DNA of 64,000 bases from Macrostomum lignano (taxonomy: Eukaryota), in contig NIVC01002778.1 of assembly GCA_002269645.1 (NCBI GenBank), positions 77,238 through 141,237 of the forward strand, in the 5' to 3' direction. The notes beneath the pieces were generated by a model, which saw nothing but the letters and a program-made list of their open reading frames with translations, did not search any database and had not been told where the DNA came from. The position numbers and the translations under genes were made by a program. Shown here piece after piece: positions 14,194-25,100 of the stretch. Every line of letters starts with the position of its first letter. Positions within the stretch are counted from its first letter, which is position 1.

Positions 14194-14654
14194 CTTCGAA
14201 GCATCCTGAAAAAACAAAGATACTCTGTCCACGGGAGTTCGGCTTCCAGGATTATGGCAATCTAAGCTGCCGTCCTTGAAAAGAGCAGGGAAACTTTGGC
14301 CAAGTTTGTTTGGGATCTTGCGCAACAAAAATAATTTACAAAATTTGTCAAAAAGTCCGCTGTGACTCCAGGAATGTGGTGTATGCCATTCTCTGCAAGA
14401 CTTGCAATGACCGCTGTATCTACGTAGGTGAGACTGGAGGCGCTCTTAAGGTCAGACTTCAAGCTCACCTGAGCGACATCAGACTGGCTAAGGACACCTC
14501 AATCTCCGGACACTTTCGGTCACCAAACCATAATATTCAGGATCTCCGCTTTATGGGAGGAATATGGAGCAGAAGCTCTTCGCTTTACTACAGACTTGAC
14601 TCCGGCAGGCTTAAACACCGTCATCACTGAGAAAGACGCCTGCATCCCAATAGT

Positions 14655-14946
14655 TGTAGGGGTTGTAGCCTCGTGATTAGAGCATCGGACTCACGACTGG
14701 AAGGTCGGGGGTTCGATTCTCGACCCACTTAGAACAATTCGTGTCCTTGAGCAAGACACTTGCACTGCTTCATTACCCCAGCATTAGCTGGGGTAATTGA
14801 GGGTCTGTGTAGCGACCACCCCAGTCATTGGACTGAACAGCCGTACCCAGCCTTCAGATGCGCCGCGCAATAGCTGCGGTTGAGCTGTCGGTTGCACATT
14901 TGGTCATTGGGGCAGGTGTAATCAGTTATTATTTATTATTATTATT
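14655..14946 (+). mobile_element. tRNA-derived SINE with (TTA)n tail and 11-bp TSD
   Basis: TSD atcccaatagt at 14644-14654 and 14947-14957; A-box TAGCCTCGTG, B-box GGTTCGATTC, central GTGTCCTTGAGCAAGACACTT motif (recalled from MetaSINE-type SINEs). Confidence 0.85.
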
Positions 14947-15265
14947 ATCCCAATAGTGATCCCTTTCACGGACCACTCTGGGCGAGTTGTTCATCAAATT
15001 TGCACGGCCATTCCGAACCACGCTGCAGAGTTGGATACGGTGGCTGCCTATACTCGCTCACGCTCATTAAAGGACATTCTATGTAAATCCAACCTGCCGC
15101 CGTAACTAATGGTCGGTCCCAAAAATTAAACCTTTTTTCAGATGAGCACTAGATGTGCCCGCCCAACCATATTGAGCATTTTATTTTACACCTTTCTTTC
15201 CATACTCACTATGAATACTCAACTCTTTTCACCCCCTTCGCCCCCTTTTCACTGATTCACTTTTC

Positions 15266-15463
<198 letters not shown>

Positions 15464-15491
15464 CTATTGCTACATCGATTCCCATGCGCAG

Positions 15492-16067
15492 GCATACCAG
15501 TACACCGAGAACAAGCGCACTTTTACATTGAAGACAAACAGCGCAGCCCAGTTAATTGGCGCTGCGCTGCCCTACGCTAAAGCTGCAGCAAAAGCCGCAG
15601 AAAAAGCTGTCGAGAACGCGAAAACGGACCACAGTGCGACGGCAGATGGTCTGAAGGCTGCGACCAAATCGATCCAGGACGGACTGGGGTCAGCGAAAAT
15701 GGCTGCTGAGGCAGCGGAGCAGGCGGCAAATGCAGCTCAACAAATGGCCGCGGCTTCTGGACAGGGCGGAGCGAGCAGGCTCGAGGCCAAAGCTAAACTT
15801 GTACAACTCACCGAATCAGCGGCAAAAGACTTGGTTCGCGCGCTCGAAGGCACGGGTGCGGTGGCGAAGACGGCCTCAGGTACCATCGAGACACCCGAGC
15901 GATTGGCCCTGGCCCACACGGCCTCAAAATTGGTGCTCAGCTGTGCCAGAGCAGCAGCAGGGATCGCCGCAGAGTCCAAGCGGCTTTCTGAGACGCTGGC
16001 CAGTCCCCAGGCGGATCAGTTCGTTCCCGGAGTGAATAAGATAAACCGAATCAATGATGCTCTCGGT
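15492..16067 (+). CDS. Ala-rich helical module 2, exon a (192 codons)
   Basis: Copy of 8054-8629 at offset 7438; same splice sites; 4 visible substitutions. Confidence 0.75.
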
Positions 16068-16130
16068 GTAAGTTACAGTTACAGTTTTTTATGTGCATGG
16101 CTTTTGCAATCGCTTTGCTTGCATTTATAG

Positions 16131-16613
16131 GCTGAGCTGCGATCCCAATGGGAGTCAATAATCCAGACAGTTGAGGGAGCTGCAGCTGCGGCAGAACAGA
16201 CCGCCACGAGTGTCCAAGCCACTCGTTTGGAGAACACGGTTGAGACGGCAAGAAGAGCGGAAGCCGAGGCTCGAACGGCAGCGGACGTGACAAATCTGTT
16301 CTCAGTGGCGGCTGAGCACGGATTGCTGAAATTCAAGGCCGAGGCCATAAAAGCAGCGGCGGCCGCGGCGAAGGAACTGGTGACGGCTTCTGTTGAAACG
16401 GTGAAACTGGCAACCGAGGCATCCATTGCGGCTGGAGAAAACGACGCAAACGCGTGCAAATCAGCGGTCTCTGTGGCGAGTAGGTGTGCCTGTAGGTGTG
16501 CCTGGCATTCGGCAGAAGCGGCTCAGTCAGCTGCCAGCAATGACCCGGACGAAACCATCGCTGTTGGGGCTGCAGATGAAGCAAAGACGGCCGTTGACGA
16601 AATCAGGAAGCTG
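16131..16613 (+). CDS. Ala-rich helical module 2, exon b (161 codons)
   Basis: Copy of 8693-9184 with a net 9-bp in-frame deletion; GTGAGT donor at 16614, phase 0. Confidence 0.75.
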
Positions 16614-17081
16614 GTGAGTCCCATTGCGCTATTTACTGTCCCGACCTAATTCCTCGATAATTCTGTGAGACCTGTTAAAAGAGAGAAACCTCTGTTAAAA
16701 CAGAGTAAGTAGATGAAGTTAAACGTTTCTGTATTCATAGTAGTTTAGTTTTTATACTAAAAACTTTTTGCGAAAAATGCTGTGAGGGGCAGTGAGACAC
16801 AAACTAATGACAAATCGTGGCAGTCTTTTGGTTACTGCAAATGTTAAATGGTTTTTAGTAAAGCATTCTAGAGAAAAAATTTCTTAGCGTGGAACGCTAC
16901 ATAACCTGCACCCTTTGGCTGTTGAAATGAAGGAACAGTTTTTTGTTTGTATGAGAGAAGGATAGCTGAGATTTGAGTAAATTTAGCGACCGATCCTGAG
17001 CTTAGCGGTCAGCAAATCCAAGCGTACGTCATCATTACAACAAATCATTTCGTTCTCACGTCTCCCTCATGACGGCATCAG

Positions 17082-18821
17082 GCGGAATCTCAGCAGAATG
17101 GAAGCAGCCCGGTGCGTCTGACGCTTGACTCTCGCTGCAAACTGGTTGGCTTTGTTGTTTTCTTCGTCATCGTGATGCTGGCGTTCGTGGTGGAGGTGCG
17201 GGCCTACGATGAGGACCAGAAATATGAGAACGAGCATCAGACTGGAAAGCGGAATCGAAAAATCTGTGTGGAATGCTACGTGTTCAGATTGCTTTTCGTT
17301 GCTCTGGCTATGATTTCAATCGTCTATCTTGAGTGCAGGGTGCTCAAGTCTGGCCGAGCACGGCTGGCCTATGTTGGAGCAGTCAGAATTTCGAATGTTC
17401 CCGCTAGTATTGCCGCTCCTGTGGAGCTGTGCAACCTGCCATCAGTTCTGTTTGCTTCTGCTTTTCAATTATTTGCGTTTCTAAAATTATTTTTAAATTT
17501 GCTGGGAATCGTCTGCGGTGCAATGGAATTCGGATTCGTGGATTCGTCAGAACTGGACTACACTCCACACGGCATTGTCATGCTCATTAGACACGCGTTG
17601 TTATTCGTCTTTACTGTGCTGCAAACGCGCTTCTTTATAAAGTACTGCAAAGCGTCAATTCAGCTCAAGCTTGGCAGGTCCTGGCTGCCTCTCTCCATTG
17701 TGATGGCAGCGAATATTGGCGTGTGGTTCACCACAGTGGGCATTGAGCTGCAGGATATCGGCAGACCGCATAAAGAAATCGCTAATGGCACCTATTGCTA
17801 TGATAAAAAGATAAACAAAATCAAGGAGTTCTTGTACCCCTTCGAAATAGAATACTGCGTCATGTCATCTCTAATGGCCTACATGCTGATGTCCAACATG
17901 GGCAGGCTAGCAGAATTCCTGCACCGTCAGGTCCGCTCGGGGCCCGTTAAGTCACAGGAAATCGTTCGCAGAGTCAAGCGCATCATGCTGCGGAGTGGAG
18001 GCGCGCAAGGCGGCAGTCACGAAGATCAGGCGCAGTCCGAATTCGCTTCGATCAGAAAGCACTCATGGATGATTTCGATTGGCGCCGTGGCTGTGGTAGC
18101 TTCGCTAACTGTCGTTGCATTCGTCCACTTCGACGACGAAAATAATCCGGTCCTCATAATTGTGCTCTTCTCGCTGCAAATGGGTTCACATGCACTTTCG
18201 ATTCCGGTTCTCGCCGTGCTGCTTTTCTGCTATTTTCGAGTTGATAAGAACCGGCGCATCGGCTCCGACAATCTGGTCGACCGGCTGCTGCTGTGGCTTG
18301 GCGTCATCGCTATTGTAGGCAACAACGCTTACAATTTTTTGAAAAATTTTAGTCTTACGATTGAGCTCTTGGAAAACTTTTTCGGCGCCGTTCAGTCAGT
18401 TTTGCAAGCGGTGTTCCTGGAACTGATGCTCGTTGGCGCGTTCACGCTGGACAACAAACTGCACGAGGCGTTGAAAAGGTTTTTAGGCCGATGCTTTCCA
18501 AGGAATTTTGTCAGTTACATGCTGAGCTTTCTGATTCTGCTCAACATTTGTGAGTGGGTCCTAAGCGCCCTCTGCTTTCCGTTCTTTTTCCAAAGAGAAG
18601 AAGACAAAAAGGAAGGTTTGTTCTTATTGCTCATGCCGCTGAAGGTTTTCTACAGGTTTCACTCGGTCATGAGCATTCAGGATTTTAAGAAGCACCATCT
18701 GAGAGTGGAGACTGCACGGAACTGTACAGCCGGACGTGAGTCTGACGATGAATCGGGAGCTGACGCCGTGCTGATCCATTTCACTGATATTGAGAATGGC
18801 GAACTTGAAGCCAATGGGTGA
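17082..18821 (+). CDS. Otop: Otopetrin-like proton channel A, large terminal exon (579 aa)
   Basis: Multi-TM ORF with otopetrin hallmarks ANIGVW, LYPFEIEY..MSNMGR and C-terminal FYRFHS; frame open from 17073; pyrimidine-rich acceptor ...ggcatcag|gcg at phase 0; first ATG (17175) lies inside TM1, so an upstream exon is needed. Confidence 0.8.
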   Translation, partial: AESQQNGSSPVRLTLDSRCKLVGFVVFFVIVMLAFVVEVRAYDEDQKYENEHQTGKRNRKICVECYVFRLLFVALAMISIVYLECRVLKSGRARLAYVGAVRISNVPASIAAPVELCNLPSVLFASAFQLFAFLKLFLNLLGIVCGAMEFGFVDSSELDYTPHGIVMLIRHALLFVFTVLQTRFFIKYCKASIQLKLGRSWLPLSIVMAANIGVWFTTVGIELQDIGRPHKEIANGTYCYDKKINKIKEFLYPFEIEYCVMSSLMAYMLMSNMGRLAEFLHRQVRSGPVKSQEIVRRVKRIMLRSGGAQGGSHEDQAQSEFASIRKHSWMISIGAVAVVASLTVVAFVHFDDENNPVLIIVLFSLQMGSHALSIPVLAVLLFCYFRVDKNRRIGSDNLVDRLLLWLGVIAIVGNNAYNFLKNFSLTIELLENFFGAVQSVLQAVFLELMLVGAFTLDNKLHEALKRFLGRCFPRNFVSYMLSFLILLNICEWVLSALCFPFFFQREEDKKEGLFLLLMPLKVFYRFHSVMSIQDFKKHHLRVETARNCTAGRESDDESGADAVLIHFTDIENGELEANG

Positions 18822-20026
18822 ATTAATTTTTAGACTGATTTTTAGACTATTGCCTGTCCTTTTGTCTTTGCTTGCATGCTGGTAGGTTTCACGTCGCTGA
18901 CCCTGCATATCCGCTTGTGCAAAGCAAAAGCAGCAGCCTAGGGGTCGGGCAAGGAGTTGGAACAAAGGGTTCGGGCAGAAGCATTGAGTCATCTCATCCA
19001 GGTGCTTTCCTTGGGCTCCCAGGGGATAAAATGATGATGAACTTGAGATTTCGGAGCTGAACTTCGAGCTTTATTCTGGTGCTGAAGCTGAGATAAATGA
19101 AGTACGTTTAATAAAGTACATGGTCACTACTTTACTCGAGTAGTTAAAGTAAAAAGATTGTGATGGAAGGAACCGAGTTGGGATCTGAGCACCAAAGCTC
19201 CGGTACCTTTCTTTAGTTTGCTATTGGAAACTTACCTTGCACTAAACAGATTCACATGCACCGCAAGCTGGGTTTTCACGAATCATTGTCTTTTTTACGA
19301 TTGTTTTTTTCATTTAATCCATATGTTTTTTGATCGTTATCTCTGATTAATTCAGTTAATATATATTAATCAAGCTTATATTTATATATTCTGCAAGTAG
19401 CTCCTATAGTTAGATTTTAAAAACTTGTTTTTCTGCATTGCACCAAGGACGAATTGAATATGACGAGCAACTTGAATATGATAGTTTTCACTCTTTCGAT
19501 ACAAACAAAGCAACAAATGTTTTTTGGAAGCGGATCGCAGCTTGTCTTTTTACGAGTAATTACTTGCCTGCTTAATTGAATTTCGTAAAGCTTCATTCGG
19601 TTCCTTCTCGTTCCGGTATGAATCCATAATGCCCCCATTTATTATTGTACACCAAAGCGCCTGTTTAGAAGTTTTCTTAGAAGTTTCTAATACTTTTTAA
19701 GGAAATAACAAATCATACAGTTGTGTCGAGCATGTACACAGTTTCTTGTGCGTTCATTTATTTCAGAATTTTCTGATTGATATATATTTATAAACATTCA
19801 TGCGTGATCCTACTACACACACTAATAAATGTTCCGCACGGTTCAACAGCAGCAGGTCACCTGCCGCTGAGGACAGCTTCCGTTTCATTTCTTTCTTGGA
19901 AAAAATAATCAGCTTAAGGCGCAAAAAATACATTTAAGTAATTACATACAGTAAAATTAGTTAGAACAGACATGCTCATCTACAGAGGCAGCGGAACAGC
20001 GGAAAATGGGAGCAGAGAGGGAAGAA

Positions 20027-20482
20027 GGGCCAGAGGGGGCAGAGGGGCAGAGGGGGCAGAGGGGACAGAGGGGGCAGAGGGGGCAGAGGGGGCAGAGGGG
20101 GCAGAGGGGACAGAGGGGACAGAGGGGGCAGAGGGGCAGAGGGGGCAGAGGGGGCCAGAGGGGGCAGAGGGGCAGAGGGGGCAGAGAGGACAGATGGGGC
20201 AGAGGGGCAGAGGGGGCAGAGGGGGCCAGAGGGGGCAGAGGGGGCAGAGGGGGCAGAGAGGACAGATGGGGCAGAGGGGGCAGAGGGGCAGAGGGGGCAG
20301 AGGGGACAGAGGGGGCAGAGGGGCAGAGGGGGCAGAGGGGGCAGAGGGGACAGAGGGGGCAGAGGCGGCAGAGGGGGCAGAGGGGGCAGAGGGGCAGATG
20401 GGGCAGAGGGGGCAGAGGGGGCAGAGGGGCAGAGGGGAAGAGAAGGAAAAGGGTGAAGAGGAGGCAGAGGGGCAGAGGGGGC
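20027..20482. repeat. G-rich 8-9 bp tandem repeat (ggggcaga / gggggcaga)
   Basis: Dozens of G4-G5 tracts; unit length varies freely, so it is non-coding. Confidence 0.95.
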
Positions 20483-20794
20483 AAAAGGGGCATCCCAAAG
20501 CTAGGAGGGCGCAGCTGCCTCATTTCTTGACCAAAATGGCTCAGCCGCAATCAAGGAATTCCGAATCCATCAGGGGAAGTCAAGGCGGTCATTGACCCTT
20601 AGTCAAGAAAAATATGCCTCGCGGGGGCACCGGCATAATATTTTCAGCTCATAACAGACATAAACTAATATTACATTTTGCAAGATAAAAGAGACTGCGT
20701 TGATGCAAGCATTGATGAAGCAAAACTAAGAAGACCGTTGCAGGAGTCTGCATTCTCAAACCCATTTTTTAAGTAATAAAATAATGGAATTAGC

Positions 20795-20865
20795 GAGGGG
20801 GCCATAGCCCAGCGGTAGCGCAGCTGCTCTGGTGTGCCAGCGACCAAGGCTCGATTCCAAGTGCA
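20795..20865 (+). mobile_element. tRNA-derived SINE head
   Basis: A-box TAGCCCAGCGGTA and B-box-like GGCTCGATTCC at tRNA spacing; no acceptor stem. Confidence 0.55.
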
Positions 20866-21499
20866 GTCACATTAATTTGGGGCTGAATTGGACTTTCGGC
20901 TTGGCTCTGCTCGTGCAATTAACGGCCTTGAGAGCCAACCCCCCAAGGCGCAGTGAAGTGTACATGCCTAACGATAATATAAAGTTAGGGCCGCTGTACA
21001 CTCCTGTGTGAGTGTGTGCCTGCGTACGTATCCGCGCGCTTGTATGCCTGCTCAGGGGAGTCGGCGGAATGGGCAGTAATGCCTCTCGCCGGTTGTGTGC
21101 CTATGTCGCTTAAAGTGCGCCAGGGTGCACACAACCCCCCTGCCTCTAATCTAAAAAAAATGGAGTTAGCAATATTCAGGTTCTCGTGAAGCTTAAGAAT
21201 CGTGATGCTTCTTGTAAATGTACGAGTAGAAACTCGTCTCTCGGTAAACTCGACCAAAGCTGCCATTCGATTTTCAGCCCGCCAAATCGCGCAGTAAAAG
21301 TCAAAGAGCCGTTCGAATTCGGCAGCATTGGATTGTAAATATAGATCTGCTGTTTGCGATTGGTCAGTCAGAGCTTTAGAGCTGCCTTGCAGAGAGGCGC
21401 TGAGCTCGGATGACCTGCCGCTGCTATGCAGGACTGGCGCTGCTCGGCTCCCACATTAGCGTCCTTGGAGTGTCCATGACAGTAGCGCCCTGCAGATAG

Positions 21500-21745
21500 C
21501 TATTGGCTAGTAGAGCAGAGTCAGTCCTGTGTGTCCTGGTGCCCAGCTCGCCATTGGCTAGTAGAGCAGGGCCAGTCCTGTGTGTCCTGGTGCCCAGCTC
21601 GCCATTGGCTAGTAGAGCAGGGCCAGTCCTGTGTGTCCTGGTGCCCAGCTCGCCATTGGCTGGTAGAGCAGGGCCAGTCCTGTGTGTCCTGGTGCCCAGC
21701 TCGCCATTGGCTAGTACAGCAGAGTCAGTCCTGTCTGTCCTGGTG
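21500..21745. repeat. 51-bp minisatellite, 4-5 copies
   Basis: Unit cccagctcgccattggctagtagagcagggccagtcctgtgtgtcctggtg. Confidence 0.9.
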
Positions 21746-22175
21746 CCGACAAGCTGTGAGTTGCCACGCTTCAAGCAGGACACGAGTTCAGAGCATCTGG
21801 GGCAGAAGCTGCAGCAGCAGGTGCCGGCAATCGCAGCTTAAGCGAGCAGGACGCAGAGCAGTGGCATCAACCAGTAGATGGTTGATGTCTTTGAAAAAGC
21901 GAAAAAGCGCAAATGAAAATGAAAAAATGAAAAAGCGGTCTGTCAGATTCGCGCATTCTGGGTGCGCCAGAGAAAGAAATTCAAGAATGCGACAGAGTGG
22001 ACACTGGGACCTGGACAGGCCAAGCAAAGCCCCGACGACTTAGCTTGACTTAGCTGCAGGGCGATCCGAAGACGCAGCGGGGAGGCGAGCGTTGCCCATT
22101 CCGCTAATCCCTGAAGAGCCCGCATAGGCTAGGGCGCGGGGCCGGTCAGGGAGGTCTGCCGGTTCTGTCTGCAGC

Positions 22176-25100
22176 TGTTAAAGAAATAATCAAGTCTAAT
22201 AAATCTGAGGGTTAGACTTTAACAAAAGCCCTGTGGCTAAATTATTGCTTATATTTTAAATTAAATCGATGTTCTCTCTCTCCAACTCTCTGACTCAACA
22301 ACGCCTCACGCACATCAACCCCACCCCAACACACTCTGAGACGGGGACCGCCAAGTGTACACTGGCGACGCTACACATAGCAGAGGGTCGGTACGCAGGC
22401 ACTCCAAATCCAATACACTCCCCCTAATGATGCTTCATCATTACAGTACTTAACATTGATATTCGAAAAAAGAAACTCGCTATTAACTTAAATGAAATTA
22501 AACGAAACGAATAGCAAAAAACAAACGAACAACAAAAAACGCTCCAACATTACAACAGACTTGATGACTAAAAATGTGACACACCATCACCAGAGTACTG
22601 AGTTAACGAAAAAGTAGGAACAAAGGGAAAACGAAAAAAAAAAAAAAAACCAATCAGCGCTAAGGAGCTCAAAAGGTAAGATTGAAAGGGAGTGAAAATT
22701 ACTGCGAACTAAAACTAAACAGAAACTCGAAACAACGATTAGAACAGTCATTGAAAGTCAGTTACTTAAGTTCATTCGGTCACAGCTTCCAGCAAAATCA
22801 GGTTCTCCACCGGTCGGCGAATCAAGCATCTCTTGGGACCGCGGCCAGGTCTGGGCGCGACTCGAACCGTTGCAGATCTCACCGCCCCGTCTCGGCCAGG
22901 ATGCACCGACTCGATGACACCGGTACACCAGGTAAGCCTCGGCTGCCCGGCCTCACCTTTCACCAGGACGATGTCGCCGGCCGTCGCTTCTCGAGTTACG
23001 CCATGCTTGGGACTTAGATTATGTTCTCGCAGGCTGGTCAGATACTGTCGCTCCCAGCAGTCCCAGAAGGCTTGCAGTCTGGCGCGCATTCGCCTCAGCA
23101 GTGTTGGCAATGGCAGCAGGAGCTCGGGCGTACCGCTAGAAGTTGGCTCCGCCGTCAGCCGTTGCAGGACCAGAAAGTGCGCCGGCGTCAGGACTTCTCC
23201 GTTGGTTTCGGCATTCACGTAGAGTAGAGGCCGACTGTTGAGCACCGCTTCCACCTCCATTAGCACTGTCCGCAGTTCGTCCAGCGTCAGGGTTGCGTTG
23301 AGGATGGTCTTGCGCAAAGCCAGCTTGATGTCCCTCATCAGTCGCTCCCAGAAGCCTCCTTGCCACGGTGCGCGTTCGACGATGAATTGCCAGGTGATTT
23401 TCCTGGTGGCGCAGAAGTCTTGAACTTGTCGACTCTCCGACGCCTGAAGTATTTTGGCAGCCTTGGTGAATGTCTTGGCGTTGTCACTGATGAGATTGGG
23501 AATTCCTCTCCGAGCACAGAACCGTCGGAGGGCTCGCAGGAAGGTCTCGGTCGTCAAGTCGCTCACCAGTTCCAGGTGAAGGGCTCGCGTGGCCGCACAG
23601 GTGAAAACCAGGATATAGCCTTTCTCGATCTCTGTGTCCTCCATCAGTTTGACAGGTCCGCAGTAGTCGAGTCCGCACCACTCAAAGGCTCTCCCAGACT
23701 TCACGCGTGCTTCAGGTAAGGCTGGGATTTGCTTCACTGCATATGGTAGTCCTTGAAGACGTCTGCAGACAAAGCAACTTCTCAGGATCGACTTGACTCG
23801 CTGTCTTCCTCTGATTAGCCAGAATCTCTCTCGCAGCTTACAAAGAGTGCTGGGCACTCCCCCGTGCAGAACCTTGGCGTGAGCGTCCCAGATGAGAAGA
23901 AGCTCCAGGTGTGACTTGCTCGGGATCAGAATCGGACAGTCAACCTCGGCAGAGGCGTTGGACTCCTTCAATCGACCTTGGCTTCGGAGAATACTCTTGT
24001 TGTCGAGAAAAAGATTCAACTGCCTGCTGAGATCTGTACTGGCCGCTGACTCCTGAAGTGAGCAATTTCGGCTTGAAAACTCCGTCTCTGCACTTCTCGC
24101 AGCCAGCGCTCTTCAGCTTCAAGGACTTCTGCTGCAGCCAGTGGTCCCACTCGCTCCTCCCCCGCTGCAGAAGTTCTAGCTTGCAGGTTTCTGACGAAGC
24201 GTAGGACATAGGCTGTCACCCGAATCAGCTTGATCCAGGATGAGAAGTTCGTGTCATTGAGAACTTCCTGTAGACTGATGTCAGGACCGGCTTCAGTTAG
24301 CAGAACAACTGGACGGTTCGCTTGTGTCTTCTGCTCCTCGGCAACTGCCGCTGTCGGTAAGCTGAGAAAGGATTGGTCGGGCCAATCGTCAGGAGGTCGT
24401 GCCAGCCAGTCTGGACCGTGCCACCAGCTGTCGTCCGCCTTCAACTTGCTCGCTGATGTTCCTCGAGATGCAACGTCCGCCGGATTCTCCTCGCCTGGGA
24501 CATGTCTCCAGGCATCCTCTGGCACCAGGCGGCGGATCTCCGTCACCCGATTATGAACAAAGAGCTTCCAGGGTCTGTGCTGCCGGATCCAGTAGAGCGT
24601 GTCGGCACTGTCTGTCCAGCAAAACACCTGGCGAACCTGAGGATACTGACTCATGGATGATGTCAACAGTCTGGCGAGTATCAAGGCACCCAGGAGTTCG
24701 AGCCGAGGAATTGAAAGAACCGACAGTGGAGCCACTCTCGCCTTGGCGGCCACCAGGTTGCAGCTGACGGAACCATCGGTGTACTGCACTCGCAGGTAAA
24801 GACATGCCGCATAGCATTTGATTGACGCATCACAGAACCCATGCAGCTGTATCTCCTCGACCTCCTTCGTCGCCGAAAGCACCAACCTTGGAACTTGAAA
24901 TCGACCTGCCAGCATCTCCTGCAACCACTTCAGCCACTGCTGCTTAATCGGCTCCTTTAGCGGGCAGTCCCAAGCGATCTTTTCAACGCACAGTTTCTGG
25001 AACATCGATTTCGGCAACGTAAGCAGCGGAACCAGGAAGCCCAGAGGATCGTAGACACGGGCCAGCAGCTGTAGCACGACACGCTTGGAGGGCGACGCCT

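Larger units (their letters stand above)
9260..15265 (+). mobile_element. Degenerate Penelope-like retroelement (RT + GIY-YIG), interrupted by Gypsy and SINE
   Basis: RT motifs IVIKPADEGSNMVVMNRTDY (~9690), SFIRDTDHF (~10030), MGKAFAPSYANIFM-like (~10295); GIY-YIG NVVYAILCKTC..IYVGETG..RL..H (14370-14500); boundaries approximate. Confidence 0.85.

Noticed and set aside
15139-15158. Hammerhead-ribozyme-like core (CAGATGA-GCAC-tagat-GTGC) at the PLE 3' end
   Set aside because: U-to-A change in CUGAUGA and no GAAA after stem II; at most a dead remnant
16987-17023. Alternative small upstream exon for otopetrin A
   Set aside because: Not phase-compatible with the phase-0 acceptors (in-frame TAG) and no convincing start exon upstream; it could still be a UTR exon
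19957-20595. Collagen-like GQR/GAE repeat ORFs
   Set aside because: Unit length alternates between 8 and 9 bp and the reading frame drifts; no sustained Gly-X-Y register
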